A stretch of DNA of 64,000 nucleotides from Lepidodermella squamata (taxonomy: Eukaryota > Animalia > Gastrotricha). How positions within the stretch are numbered: the stretch's first letter is position 1; every line of letters starts with the position of its first letter. A program made the translations under genes and the position numbers. Shown piece by piece: positions 32,301 through 44,065 of this stretch. The notes beneath the pieces are model-generated. The model saw nothing but the letters and a program-made list of their open reading frames with translations. It was not told where the DNA came from and ran no database searches. The stretch covers positions 3,100,001 through 3,164,000 of the forward strand of contig JBLDXI010000054.1 in the NCBI GenBank assembly GCA_047495785.1. Reading direction: 5' to 3'.

Positions 32301-34885
32301 CATCCCTAATTATGTGACCTAGATACCTTAGCCTTTGTTTTTCAACTATGCGGCTCACTTCAATGAAACCTCCCAATAACGCAAGTCGAATGTCTATATT
32401 AGGGATATAGTCCATTAGGTGGACACCTACTATAGATCGGAACCAGCGATACTCTATAGTATTTAATCTATTTTCTTGGGCTACAGATATGTTCCAAGAT
32501 TCGCAGGTAGTTAATAATAATTACCAGTAATAAAGCCATCTGCCTGCGATTCAAGATAACGCAGAAAATGAAGAGATCGCGAGCTGCATAAGGCACTGGC
32601 AGCTTTCTCAAATCGCCGTTCGCGTCCATAGTAATCGTGTTCGTTCGCCGACCTTGATTTCGATTCGTGTTATTAGGTAATCCAACAGTAGATTTCGTCT
32701 TTTTCAAGGCCAACGACGCCACTTCACTCGCAGTCACCCAGCCAACATAGCCAAGCGCGTCGTAGACGTTAGGAAAATGTCCAGGTAGCAATTTCGAAAT
32801 GAGTTTACCTACAACAGGTAGCATTGTGTCACTCGAGCAATAATCGAGACTATTCGAGGACAAATTGTTCAAAATTGTTCGCAGCGACTCGTCGACATAT
32901 TGCGTTTCTCCGCCATCAGAACTTAAAACATCAGCATAGATTTGACACAATTCGATCGGGGTAAGGTATCGACCAGTTGGATGGAAGCCGTGTTGAATGA
33001 GAGTCGAAGCTGACTCGTAATAATTACGCTTCAACGCTGTTAGGAACAATTCATGCTTCTCGTTAAGAGTCGTGAAAAATGCTGGATTCGACATGTTTTC
33101 CCCGTTGAAGACATAGGAATGAGCGATATCAGTCCTGTTCCACTGAATGGCTAAACCGAGTAATTGGAAAGGATCGCTGTTTTGTTGAGACGCTGATTAA
33201 AAAACCCGAAAATTAGGCGGAAAAATCTAGAAAAATTGTGTCTAACCCTTGAAATTTGCTTCTAGAACAGCCGAGTCCAAACTATCGGCATCGTTCAAGT
33301 TGACAATTGTAACAAAATGCCGCCTTGTAACACAGGCTTCGAATAGCAGGACATTAGCATCGTGCATTTTCGCGTGAGATTTCGACTTGGCATCACTGTC
33401 TTTGAAGTGAAGGTATCGTTTCCAGTGCGGGCATTGGCTCACCATTTGCAAGTCAAATCGCACGAAATCTTCACACGCATTATTTGCTTCGCTAATTATT
33501 TAAAATGAGTTAAAAATTCACGTTTTTTCAATAATTCCATTATTACCCCATCATTCCTTCACTAAGGCGATAGGCATAGGATATGAGATCACCGCAGCCT
33601 CCGAGCCCATCGACGACAACAGCAGGCCGGCCTTTTCTCAGAAATTCCAATGTTGTAGTTAGTGTTGTTTCGCCACCCTCGAGAACCAGCAATACGCCTG
33701 GTGTTCGCTCTGATTCACCTTTAAATCGAGCTATAATTTAATACAATAAAACATCAAAAACTAGTAACCTCCTAAATAGTGCAATATCGAATCTTCCAAC
33801 TCGTTTCGAAATGATATTTCCTCGCCATATTTCCTAGAAGTACCATTATCTACCTGAAAAATGGCAGAAAATTCGTCATAAAAATTCGAAGGAAATTCAA
33901 TTATTTTGTACCAATAGAAATGCGTGATGGTTGGGGTCTAGGCTAGCCGGGACCTTTTCGTTTTCAGAATTATCGTAGACCCTATAACGTTTCATGTCCA
34001 AAGGAGAAGTGAAATTGTTATTGACTAAGGAACTGGTCTCTTGTAGGATTCCCCAAGCTGCGATGCCGAGAAGTTGAACTCGGCTTGTTTTTGTCGAACC
34101 TTGCTGGTATCGAACAGATTGAGCTGCCTCACCAATCAATCGAGTGACACCTTTCCAGATTCCGTTTGTAACAATAAGAGCTTCGGCACTTGTGGCTGCA
34201 CGAATCTGAGAGGAATAAAAAATTCAAATTCAAATTTGGGGCTTAAACTTCAATAATTCTCCAAATTTAGGGTTCCAGCACTATAAACACAAAATTAATT
34301 GATGTTGTTTTATTCTACTTCAATACTACACACCTGAGGGTTCCTGGTGTATCTAGCTAAAATGACAAATCCTGATTCATCTTGGGAAGCATCAATATTG
34401 ATCAATAAAAGAAAAGGTCGCGAGAATCGAGAACAATTGCTGGGGTGCTTAATTTGGGCTGGAACCTCAATTTGGCGATGCTATCATTTGGACCACTTTC
34501 AATTAATTAATTGTAAATTCCACCAGTGATTTCTGGATTCACTAAGCTAATATCTTGAAATAATTACCAAGCTTCGATTGAATTGATAAAGAATCTTATT
34601 GTGCATTATGAAGCGACGAGCCCCGCCTGTAACCGATATGATGAGCCTCGGCCTGGACATGCGCCAATGTTTAAACAACAAATCCAGCACAACTTGATGC
34701 GAAGCAAGCTGCCGCGGGTCCAACCGAACGTATTTGGCCGCGAAAAAGTTATCAAGCTGCGGTGGCCCAAAGAAAGACACGCTGCCAAAGGCCTCTTCCA
34801 ACTTTTCATTACTATTACTTCCGCCGCCTTCATTTGCCGGCGCCGATCGGAAGTTTTGTCTAATGTAACCAGTTAGCTCTGTCAT
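26336..34885 (-). CDS. TRPM-family cation channel, copy A (multi-exon)
   Basis: PRLIISVTGGA, GIAAWG, LDPNHHAFLLVD, VLEGG, WNRTDIA, FYTAPVTKF, LGPKV, LLNLLIVMF, TRP box WRFNMY, LAPPL. Intron ~28398-32525 is expanded by nested transposons. Confidence 0.88.
28884..28920 (-). ncRNA. Minimal type I hammerhead ribozyme (Penelope-associated)
   Basis: Minus strand reads TGC-CTGACGA-T-GGCCAC-TTT-GTGGCC-GAAAC-GTC-GCA, followed by AATAAA. Confidence 0.8.
29009..31684 (+). mobile_element. 5'-truncated non-LTR retrotransposon (RTE-like) with uninterrupted ORF
   Basis: End of the APE domain (YTW..LDYIL..SDH), RT motifs KAPGID, NYRGISLL, FIDLEKAYD, GLRQGCPLSP, FADD, YLGS. Stop at 31590, (ATT)n tail, TSD ATCTTTA at 29002-29008 and 31685-31691. 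Confidence 0.92.
32003..32306. mobile_element. MITE with ~70 bp TIRs and 8-bp TSD
   Basis: GGG...CCC ends, arms TTTTTTCATCCGACAAA / TTTGTCGGATGAAAAAA, TSD TAATTATG at 31995-32002 and 32307-32314 inside the older LINE copy. Confidence 0.85.
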
Positions 34886-35259
34886 TTTTCTGGAGTAGCT
34901 ATGTGTTAAGGCTTCAAAAATTAGGTGAATGCATTTTTCAGGTATTTTCTAGCTACGTGATCGATTTTCCGCGAATACAGTACACAGTCATGGTGATATC
35001 GAATGTTTTGTCTGACATTAAATTTTCATTCGACAACTGTGGTAAAAAGTAACCAATTATTATTTTATTAAAATTATTGCTTTTTTCAGAAAACGAGGCT
35101 GGGAAGATCGATTAATAAAAAGGGTGAAAAATAAAGGCACTAAGTGACGCCAGAATCATGTCAAAGGATGCCATGCCCGATGAGAGGCCCAAGGATGAGG
35201 ACTTCAGGTTCGTCACACCCTCAAAGACGACAAGAGAGCCCGCTGCCTGAAAAACCGCC

Positions 35260-35560
35260 TTAATGATCTGGCCGGAAAAGTCCTTGTACCCTATTCAGCC
35301 TATCTTCACTAATCGCCGAGCAAGATCGCCTGCGAGATGGCTGCGATCGTTCAGTTTTTAACATCGACTGGAAGTCATCCGGTGCCATCTCGTGCAGGCT
35401 CTTCCATATGAATGTGCATAGGTGTACCGCATGTTTCTGGTCGACAGTAAGCCATCCAAGTCGATGCCGAAGCGGAGCCGGATCCGCCAAATGATGAGCG
35501 CCGTAGATGATTTTGGTGGCTTCATCTTGGGACGATTGCAGCTTATCGCGAGTCGATTTT
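35260..35560 (-). mobile_element. Fragment of CR1/L2-like LINE ORF2 C-terminus
   Basis: Translation KLQSSQDEATKIIYG..PLRHRLGWLTV..HLCTFIWKSLHEMAP resembles the post-RT region of L2/CR1 elements. Confidence 0.65.
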
Positions 35561-36929
35561 GAGGCTTGCTTCAAAATTTTCTTTCTATATTTGCGCACGT
35601 AAATGACTTATTAAGACTTCTGCCGTAGTTTTTTGTTTCCGTCCGTGCTCCCACCCCTACGAAAAATGTATGCTTGAACTATAACAGGTTTTAGTTTTAG
35701 TCACTCCTTGCCTTGAATTTCTCGTACCGTAATCCGGTACAATTTTGAACATTTAACGCAAGTCAGCTTTTCTCTAAAACCATGTGGATCTACACTTTAC
35801 TTACTGTACCCCATTACTTAATTTTGCTGAATATAGATATCGTCGTGATCTAACATTTTGCCAAGTTTCATCAACATCGCCCCTACGGTCCCTCCCGAAA
35901 ACTTCCGAAGTCTATTTTGAAGTGTTGCCCTGCGATAACCGTTAGGGGATATCCGCGTGGTCTAACTTGGCGAATTCAAGCTTATATCTGTCCTAAGACG
36001 TAGCCAAAAGGCATGTCCATCTATAAAGAATAGTTTTCGCGTGGCATGCGCTCAACGTTGCAAGGGTAGCCGGTACAACTTTGAACGATAAAAATGCATT
36101 GTTTTTACTTTAAGGAGAATTATTTATGTTTTTTTCTGACTTTGTTCGCATTTGGGATCGGACGTGCCCTACCGTAAACCACTACGTTCTCTATGCCATT
36201 AACAAAGATCTCTAAAGTTCATCGTTTATTAGAATAAGTATCGTTTCGGATCGCACAGAAGCGGGTAAAATTCTAGAATTCACTGCAGCACGGGGTGCTT
36301 GTTGACAGGCTAACTTTGCAAACTTCTGGCTTTCCAGGGTAATTTTGGACACTTTAGCTTTGCTACAAAGAAGGTTATACGCGTTTTGTTTGATAGGTAT
36401 TCCCTGTATTCAAGCAATAAGAAATAAAGGTAATTTGAGTAAGAAGGAATTATTTGGGAACAATATAATCAGTCCAATTGTTGATGCTCATTTCACTCTA
36501 AGTTCGCCCAATAAGAAAGAATTTCGAAGAGAAAGTGGCTAGTGGGTATATTTATTATAGAGTTAAACTGCCGCTTTTCTTCAGTTTTATTCGCCAGCGC
36601 CCTATTATGGCGCCTGTTAACAAAGGTTCACTTTAGCGCGCCTTAGCTTCAATAAAAATCCGGCAGAAATTCCGGTTGTATTGCGATTTGTGATCAGTTC
36701 CCAGCCTAATCCCCATCGAAAAAAGCCTCGGTGAGATCAGTAGAAGAAAGCAAAAGACAGAAGCATCGCTCCAGATTACATGGATTCAAGTAATGCTGCG
36801 AGCTTGGCATCTCCTTGTTATCGCACGGTAGAAGTACCTTAATCCCCTTAGTCCAGGTGAAGACGATCGTTTCGTCGACTTGAAACGAACCAATCATGAT
36901 TAACATTAGACGCGCATTCAGTCTTAAAC

Positions 36930-37390
36930 TTTAAATGTGATCAGTGCGAAACTGATTATGTTGGCAAGACATCCAAACACTTACACCAACGCGTTGAAGG
37001 TCATCGATACACGGAAGTCGGCAAAAATATGGAGCAGCATGGCGTTGGGAAGGACAAACTTGATAAGTATTTCAAGGTGCTCGACAAACTAAATGGGATT
37101 GCCTTATTCTCGAAATGCTCTACATTCTTAAACTTAAGCCTAATCTCAACAAACAAAACGACTCGATCAAAGCTAAGTTATTTACGGAACCGATATTCCA
37201 TGAGAAGTGCAAGAAGAAGATGAATAGCTAATCGGATCATAATTTCAATATGTTCTAAAAAACATCAACCTCAATTATTATTTTAACTTCAAATTTCGAT
37301 TTAATTTCTTAACTAATCCCTGAAGATGGTTATCGAGTATAACCGAAACGTTGGAATTCGAATAAATGCGTTACGTTTCATCAACAACAT
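36930..37390 (+). mobile_element. Penelope-like element 3' fragment (degenerate GIY-YIG endonuclease plus pLTR)
   Basis: FKCDQCETDYVGKTSKHLHQRVEGH, then after a frameshift WDCLILEMLYILKLKPNLNKQNDSIKAKLF, followed by a hammerhead and AATAAA. Confidence 0.85.
37317..37355 (+). ncRNA. Minimal type I hammerhead ribozyme (Penelope pLTR)
   Basis: TCC-CTGAAGA-T-GGTTAT-CGAGT-ATAACC-GAAAC-GTT-GGA. Confidence 0.8.
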
Positions 37391-37498
37391 TTACTCAAAG
37401 AAACTAATAATTATTGTATCGTGTTTTTTACTGGAAGCGATTAATATCAAAGGTCACGCACTACTCATAATTTTTATGTATGAATGTCCCCACGTGTT

Positions 37499-40400
37499 TC
37501 AATCGTCACTCGCGTCAATGCCAAGCTCATCGCCATTCTCCTCGAAAAAAGTTTCGATGGACGTGGTTTCGAACCTGACCAAAAGGCTCATTTCATAAGC
37601 CCTGCGTCGGAACGAGAAAGTCTGTTCTTTGGCGATTTGAGCTTCATCGAATAAAACTGAAAATAATTTCAAATAAAATCTGAAAAAATTATAAAAAAAT
37701 ATTATATTACCGAAAGGTGAATTGTTGCGTAGATCCCATTCGTTAGAATCAGCATTCTTCCCGGCCGATATTCGCCTCGCTATATAGATAACTAATGAGG
37801 CGACGTGTTCAAGAATTGACAGAGGCGGGGCAAGCGATGATTTGTTGTGGTAGCCGAGAACAAATTCGTACCTATTATCAAAAATATTATGAATAATACA
37901 AAAGTTGATTGATGGACGAACATATTGAATCGCCAAACAGCTGCTGAGATATTCGCGACATTATTAAAAGTGAACCTTGAAAATGCAGTTCAAATTATTA
38001 TAATAAAATTAAATAAACTCAAATTAAACCTACCCAAACATTACGATTAAGAGGTTGAGTAAGACAATTGAAGTAGCGATTAGGTAAATCAGGAGTAGAA
38101 TCAGAGCCAGATAATTTTGTTCCGGGCATCGATCGGAAATTTTAATGTTAGCAGCATAAGTCGCTGGGTCAGTCGCGTTGTAAGGAATACAGCTATCAAC
38201 TCGGCCTCGAACTCGTGGCTCGGGGTTGTACATTTGAAATAAAATTATGAAAAAATTGTAGAAAATTATTTCGATCAGCTCCCAAGTAAAAGGCGATCCA
38301 GGAAAAACAAGCGCGTTGATTGGAACGCTGAACGCCAGCAACAGAACGATGTAGAGTGCGAAGAAAAAACCAACGTCCAGCATCATGCGAAAAGCTGTGA
38401 TGACTTTGGGCCCTAGGACCGGGCTGACGTAGAAGAAGTTGAGCAGTCTGATGAAGAAAAGCATTAGCGACAGGCTGTACAAGTCAAGGGTAGCGTGGTT
38501 CAGAGTTTCCGAGTCGTAGGCGCCATTGTCACCCAGGGTGACTAGAACAATGTGGCAAATAGCGGCCGCTGTCAGTAGGGTGAATGCAAGTACGTCGAGT
38601 TTGTGCCACCAATTCGACCAGAAAAACTTTAGTCTAAGCTTAAAACTTCCATTCGCGCTAATTATCTGCCGCGTCTCCTCTAGAATTAACACAAGTGTCC
38701 AAAACCAGATGACACCTTCAACTGGGCTGATAGATGATCGCTGATACAACTCGGTCAGCAGAAAAAGCGAGAAAATAATTAGAAAAATTGCGTAGGAAAA
38801 TGTGCTGGTAATGAATTTTGTGACAGGGGCTGTGTAGAATAAATTGATAGCACTGAAAATATTCACGCGGCTCGACGAGCTCCGCAGTGACACCCGGCGA
38901 AGGCTGTTTTGGTTTGGTTTTGAAATAACGGCTTCGGTAACCATTGATTCGATCGTTGCCGTGTCCACAACTGCTGAAACTTGGGCATTGTGGTAGTCTT
39001 CTAAGCCTCCGTTCAAACTCGGGCGGAATTTTATGGCTGGCAGCAGTACAGGTAAAAATGTCGTGGCTGTAATCTAAAAAAATCGACGAATTTTAAAAGA
39101 TGAAATTTGTCGGAAATTCAAAAATATTTAAAATTCGATGAAACGCCCGTTTCCCAGCGTGTCCTATAATTAACGCAAACAAAGGAAATCCATGAGATGG
39201 GATCAGAAACTCTAAAACAAGAGGGGAATTCTTATATCACGTCAAGAAAAATCGTCGAAAATCTAAAATGCCTTAAGAATAGTAATTAAGTATGTCCCTT
39301 GTGAATGGGATTAAAAAACCAGGTAAAAACCGAAAATTACCAAGCTATTTATCACCGGGTTTTTGACCGGTAAATTTTTATTTTCCTATGTGTAATCGTG
39401 GATAAAGGACGAAAGATATCTCGGCGGGCTTAATTTCACAAAATTTATTTGATTTTCCTTAAAAGAAGTTTGACATTTCAAAATGGTTGCGCAAAAAATG
39501 GGACACGCTATAGAAGCTATAAATTTCGCATTTTTTCGATTAAAGCCTTACTAATGCAATGGGAGTAGTGACGCTCATGTCACCCTTCCAGTTGATGTTC
39601 AACTTGGTAAAGCAGCATGAAGTGTTCATGAACTTGCGAAGCTTAGCCGCGTGAGCCAGTTCGAAGGGTGTTTTATTGCCAAACTCGGGAACAGCCCGAA
39701 TAAGGATCAACTGAGCATGCCGTTGGTCGTGTTCGAAGCAGTGCTCGATAAAGTTAGACGCCAACGATTCCCAGAAATCGGCATGTTTTCGCAGTGATTC
39801 CGCCAGCTCGACCATGGAGCCGGAATAATAGGCGAGCCCTTTCAACACCGCGGCGGCAAAAAGAGCTCCAGCTAATGCGCCTCCATTCGCAAATTGACGC
39901 CACTAGAAAAAACTTCACGGATTAAAAAATTCCTCCTTAATGTGGTTTCTTAATTTTTTATTTTTTTGACCTATTTAAGTTTGCCAAAATTGCTACCTTA
40001 AGAGTGCTTCAAATTATATTAATTAATTACCATTAATAAAGCCATCTGCCTACGATTCAGGAGAACGCAGAAAATGAAGAGATCGCGAGCTGCAAAAAGC
40101 ACTGGCAACTTTCTCAAATCGCCATGCGCGTCCATAGTACTCGAATTTGTTCGCCGGCCTTGATTCGAATCCTTGGTGATAGCTGATTTCGATCCAACTG
40201 TAGATTTCGTCCTTTTCAAGGCCAACGACGCCACTTCACTCGCACTCACCCAGCCAACGTAGCCAAGCGCGTCGTAGACGTTAGGAAAGTGGCCAGGTAG
40301 CAATTTCGAGATGAGTTTACCTACAACAGGTAGCATTGTGTCGCTCGAGCAATAATCGAGACTATTCGAGGATAAATTGTTCAAAATTGTTCGCAGCGAC

Positions 40401-42406
40401 TCGTCGACATATTGCGTTTCTCCGCCATCAGAGCTCAAAACGTCAGCATAGATTTGGCACAATTCGATCGGGGTAAGGTATCGACCGGTTGGATGGAAAC
40501 CGTGTTGAATGAGAGTCGAAGCAGATTCGTAATAATTACGCTTCAACGCTGTTAAGAACAATTCGTGCTTCTCGTTAAGGGTCGTGAAAAATGCTGGATT
40601 CGACATGTTTTCCCCGTTGAAAACATACGAATGAGCGATATCAGTCCTGTTCCACTGAATGGCCAAACCGAGAAGTTGGAAAGGATCACTGTTTTGTTGA
40701 GAGGCTGAGTACGAGAAACCCTAAAATTAGGCGAAATAAATCTCGAAAAATCGCGTCAAACCCTTAAAATTTGCTTCCAAAACAGCCGAGTCCAAACTAT
40801 CGGCATCGTTCAGGTTGACAATTGTAACAAAGTGCCGCTTGGTAACACAGGCTTCGAATAGCAGGACATTTGCATCATGCATTTTCGCGTGAGATTTCGA
40901 CTTGGCATCACTGTCTTTGAAGTGAAGGTAACGTTTCCAATGCGGACATTGGCTGACCATTTGCAAGTCAAATCGCACGAAATCTTCACATGCATTATTT
41001 GCTTCGCTAATTATTTAAAATGAGTTAAAAATTCAAGTTTTTTCAATAATTCCATTATTACCCCATCATTCCTTCACTAAGGCGATAGGCATAGGATATG
41101 AGATCACCGCAGCCTCCTAATCCATCGACCACAACAGCAGGCCGGCCTTTTCTCAGAAATTCCAATGTTGTAGTTAGTGTTGTTTCGCCACCCTCGAGAA
41201 CCAGCAAAACACCTGGTGTTCGCTCTGATTCCCCTTTAAAATTGAATTGAACTGTAATTTCAAACGATAAATCACAAAGGAAATAAAAACCTCCTAAATA
41301 GTGCAATATCGAATCTTCCAAATCGTTTCGGAATGCTATTTCCTCCCCATATTTTCGAGAAGTACCATTATCTACCTGGAAATTGGTGGGAAATTCGTCA
41401 TAGAAATTCGAAGGAAATTCAATTGTTTTGTACCAATAAAAATGCGTGATGGTTTGGGTCTAGGCTAGCCGGGACCTTTTCGTTTTCAGAATTATCGTAC
41501 ACCCTATAACGTTTCATGTCCAGAGGAGAAGTGAAGTTGTTGTTGACCAAGGAACTGGTCTCTTGTAAGATTCCCCAAGCTGCGATGCCGAGAAGTTGAA
41601 CTCGGCTTGTTCTTGTCGAACCTTGCTGGTATCGAACAGATTGAGCTGCTTCACCAATCAATCGAGTGACACCTTTCCAGATTCCGTTTGTAACAATAAG
41701 AGCTTCGGCACTTGTGGCTGCACGAATCTGAGAGGAATAAAAAATTCAAATTCAAATTTGGGCTTAAACTACAATAATTCTCCAAATTTAGGGTTCCAGC
41801 ACTATAAACACAAAATTAATTGATGTTGTTTTATTCTACTTCAATACTACACACCTGAGGGTTCCCGGTGTATCTAGCTAAAATGACAAATCCTGTTTCA
41901 TCTTGGGAAGCATCAATAGCGATCAATAAAAGAAAAGGTCGCGAGGATCGAGAACAATTGCTGGGGTGCTTAATTTGGGCTCGAACCTCAATTTGGCGAT
42001 GATATCATTTGGACCACTTTCAATTAATTAATTGTAAATTCCACCAGTGATTTCTGGATTCACTAAGCTAATATTTTGAAATAATTACCAAGCTTCGATT
42101 GAATTGATAAAGAATCTTATTGTGCATTATGAAGCGACGAGCCCCGCCTGTAACCGATATGATGAGCCTTGGTCTGGACAGTCGCCAATGTTTGAACAGC
42201 AAATCCAGCACAACTTGATGCGAAGCAAGCTGCCGCGGGTCCAATCTAACGTACTTGGCCGCGAAAAAATTATCAAGCTGCGGTGGCCCAAAGAAAGACA
42301 CGCTGCCAAAGGCTTCTTCCATCTTTTCATTACTATTACTTCCGCCGCCTTCAATTGCTGGCGCCGATCGGAAGTTTTGCCGAATGTAACCAGTTAGCTC
42401 TGTCAT
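37499..42406 (-). CDS. TRPM-family cation channel, copy B (multi-exon)
   Basis: Same exon structure and near-identical protein to copy A. No C-terminal NUDT9H or kinase domain is visible. Confidence 0.9.
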
Positions 42407-42689
42407 TTTTCTGGAGTAGCCATATGTGTTCAACAAACTTCAAAGTTTAGGTGAATGCATTATACTGGTTTTCTCGTATTTTTTAGCTATGTGATCGATT
42501 TTCTTCGAATACAGTCATGGTGATATCGAATATTCTGTTTTTCATTAAATTTTCATTAGACAACTGTGGTGAGAGGTCACCGCTCAAAATTCAAGGTAAC
42601 AAATTATTATTTTATTAAAATATTGCTTTTTCAGAAAAAAACGAAGCCGGGAAGAACGATTATTTAAAAAAAGGAGAAAAATGTAGGCA

Positions 42690-44065
42690 CTAAGTGATGC
42701 CAGCTCTTGCAATATCAGCCGCCATGTTGTAGCCGAAAAGTTCGTAGTCAATTTTGTATTTCACGAGAACTTGTTCGACTAGACTGCGCGGTAACTTTCG
42801 AAGTTCGCCCTCAGCGTCAACAGCGACATGCACTTCATTAGCATCAGATAACGTTGGATCGAGCATTTTTGGCACATCGCTCGAATTTGTCAGCTTGCGA
42901 GCGATAAAATCCAGCTCTTCATCGAGGTATTCGAAGCGACCAATAAATTCGTAATCAAGAGCGCAAAGGAAGCAGATTTCACTCATTGGTTTCCTATTAA
43001 AAATGATCATTTTTTAATTATATTAAATAATGAAAAAATTACCAATGACTGTTGAAAGTTCTAGTCGGAAGAGGATTGCTAGCGAGATACTGGAAAAATT
43101 CGTTCAAATACACCGGATGGCCTTGTCTTATTTCTTCATCCGTCGCATTTATTCGATAGTGTTTGATTATGTCCGAGCCGTGAGATCGAGCAAATAATTT
43201 ATTCGGCTTGTATAACTTGTCTTTCCAAGCTGATAACAGCCGATCGAGCGGGTTGCGGGAAAACACAATTTTTCGGTAATTTTCCATAATTTCAATTGAT
43301 TTTTCGATCGAATGGTTAGCCAGTAAAGGCACGTTCAGGAGTTTCATTCGATCTTGAGTGTGAACTTTGAGCCCAGCGATGTAATTATCGTCCAGTGAAG
43401 AGTTACTAAGCTTGACAAAATAACGCAGCAAGTTCCGCGTGGCAACCTTCGGAGTACTAAAAAATTATTACAAGAGAAAATTGAAAAAAAATTAAATATC
43501 TTTTACTGGCAGTAGAGCGCGCCGAATTTTTCCAGGACATGGAAATGCGTTTTCCACCACGGCGGGAAATTTATCGTTTCGCCGTTGCTGGTCGAGATTC
43601 CGATTGGTTTTGACCTGCCCCCGGGTAATAATTGATTGCAAACTCGGGACACGCGAGCCCGGCGCAAATCGAATTCCGATTCGATCACGCGGTCATCAAT
43701 ATTTTTCTGAAATAAATATTAAAAAATAGCAATTAAATATTAATATAAAACTTAGCATTTTAATACGGGTCATTTTGAAATACTTTGGAATTAGGAAATC
43801 GGGATTTTATAATTTTTTAAATTAGTCCTGAAATTTCCGAAAATTTCTGGCGAATTTCAACTATTTTTTAACTTAATCAAGCACTGGGAAAATTCGTTCA
43901 TCTATGGGGAGAAGTGAATTAACACTTTTTGAAGCTAATTACCTTGTAATTATTTTTGAAGATTTTATTGAACAAGGAGTCGTATCGAAACGTAATGAAT
44001 AGAGCTGATATCAGCGAAATAACGCAGAGCCCGATGAGTTTTTTGACGGGTCTGCCTGCGCGCAT
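42690..44065 (-). CDS. Carbohydrate sulfotransferase (CHST8-14/HNK-1ST family), copy 1
   Basis: Type II anchor, spliced 5'-PSB YCHTPKVATRN, 3'-PB RNPLDRLLSAW, FNSHW/KP, CFLCALDYEFIGRFE, YKIDYELFGY. Confidence 0.87.

Larger units (their letters stand above)
28496..32507 (-). mobile_element. Older degenerate 3' fragment of RTE-like LINE, split by later insertions
   Basis: 28496-28808 and 31803-32507 are diverged reverse complements of the 3' ~700 bp of the plus-strand LINE (30998-31684), with the tail as (TAA)n at about 28496. Confidence 0.85.

Noticed and set aside
35610-36360. Helentron/DINE-like non-autonomous repeat (CCGTCCGT, CCAAGTTTCATCAA)
   Set aside because: Suggestive motifs only; no second copy or definable ends in the window.
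16175-42406. Peptide array, class C GPCR and TRPM as a ligand-receptor-channel operon
   Set aside because: Only adjacency and shared strand support it. Animal gene order rarely implies a pathway, and class C flytraps mostly bind small molecules.
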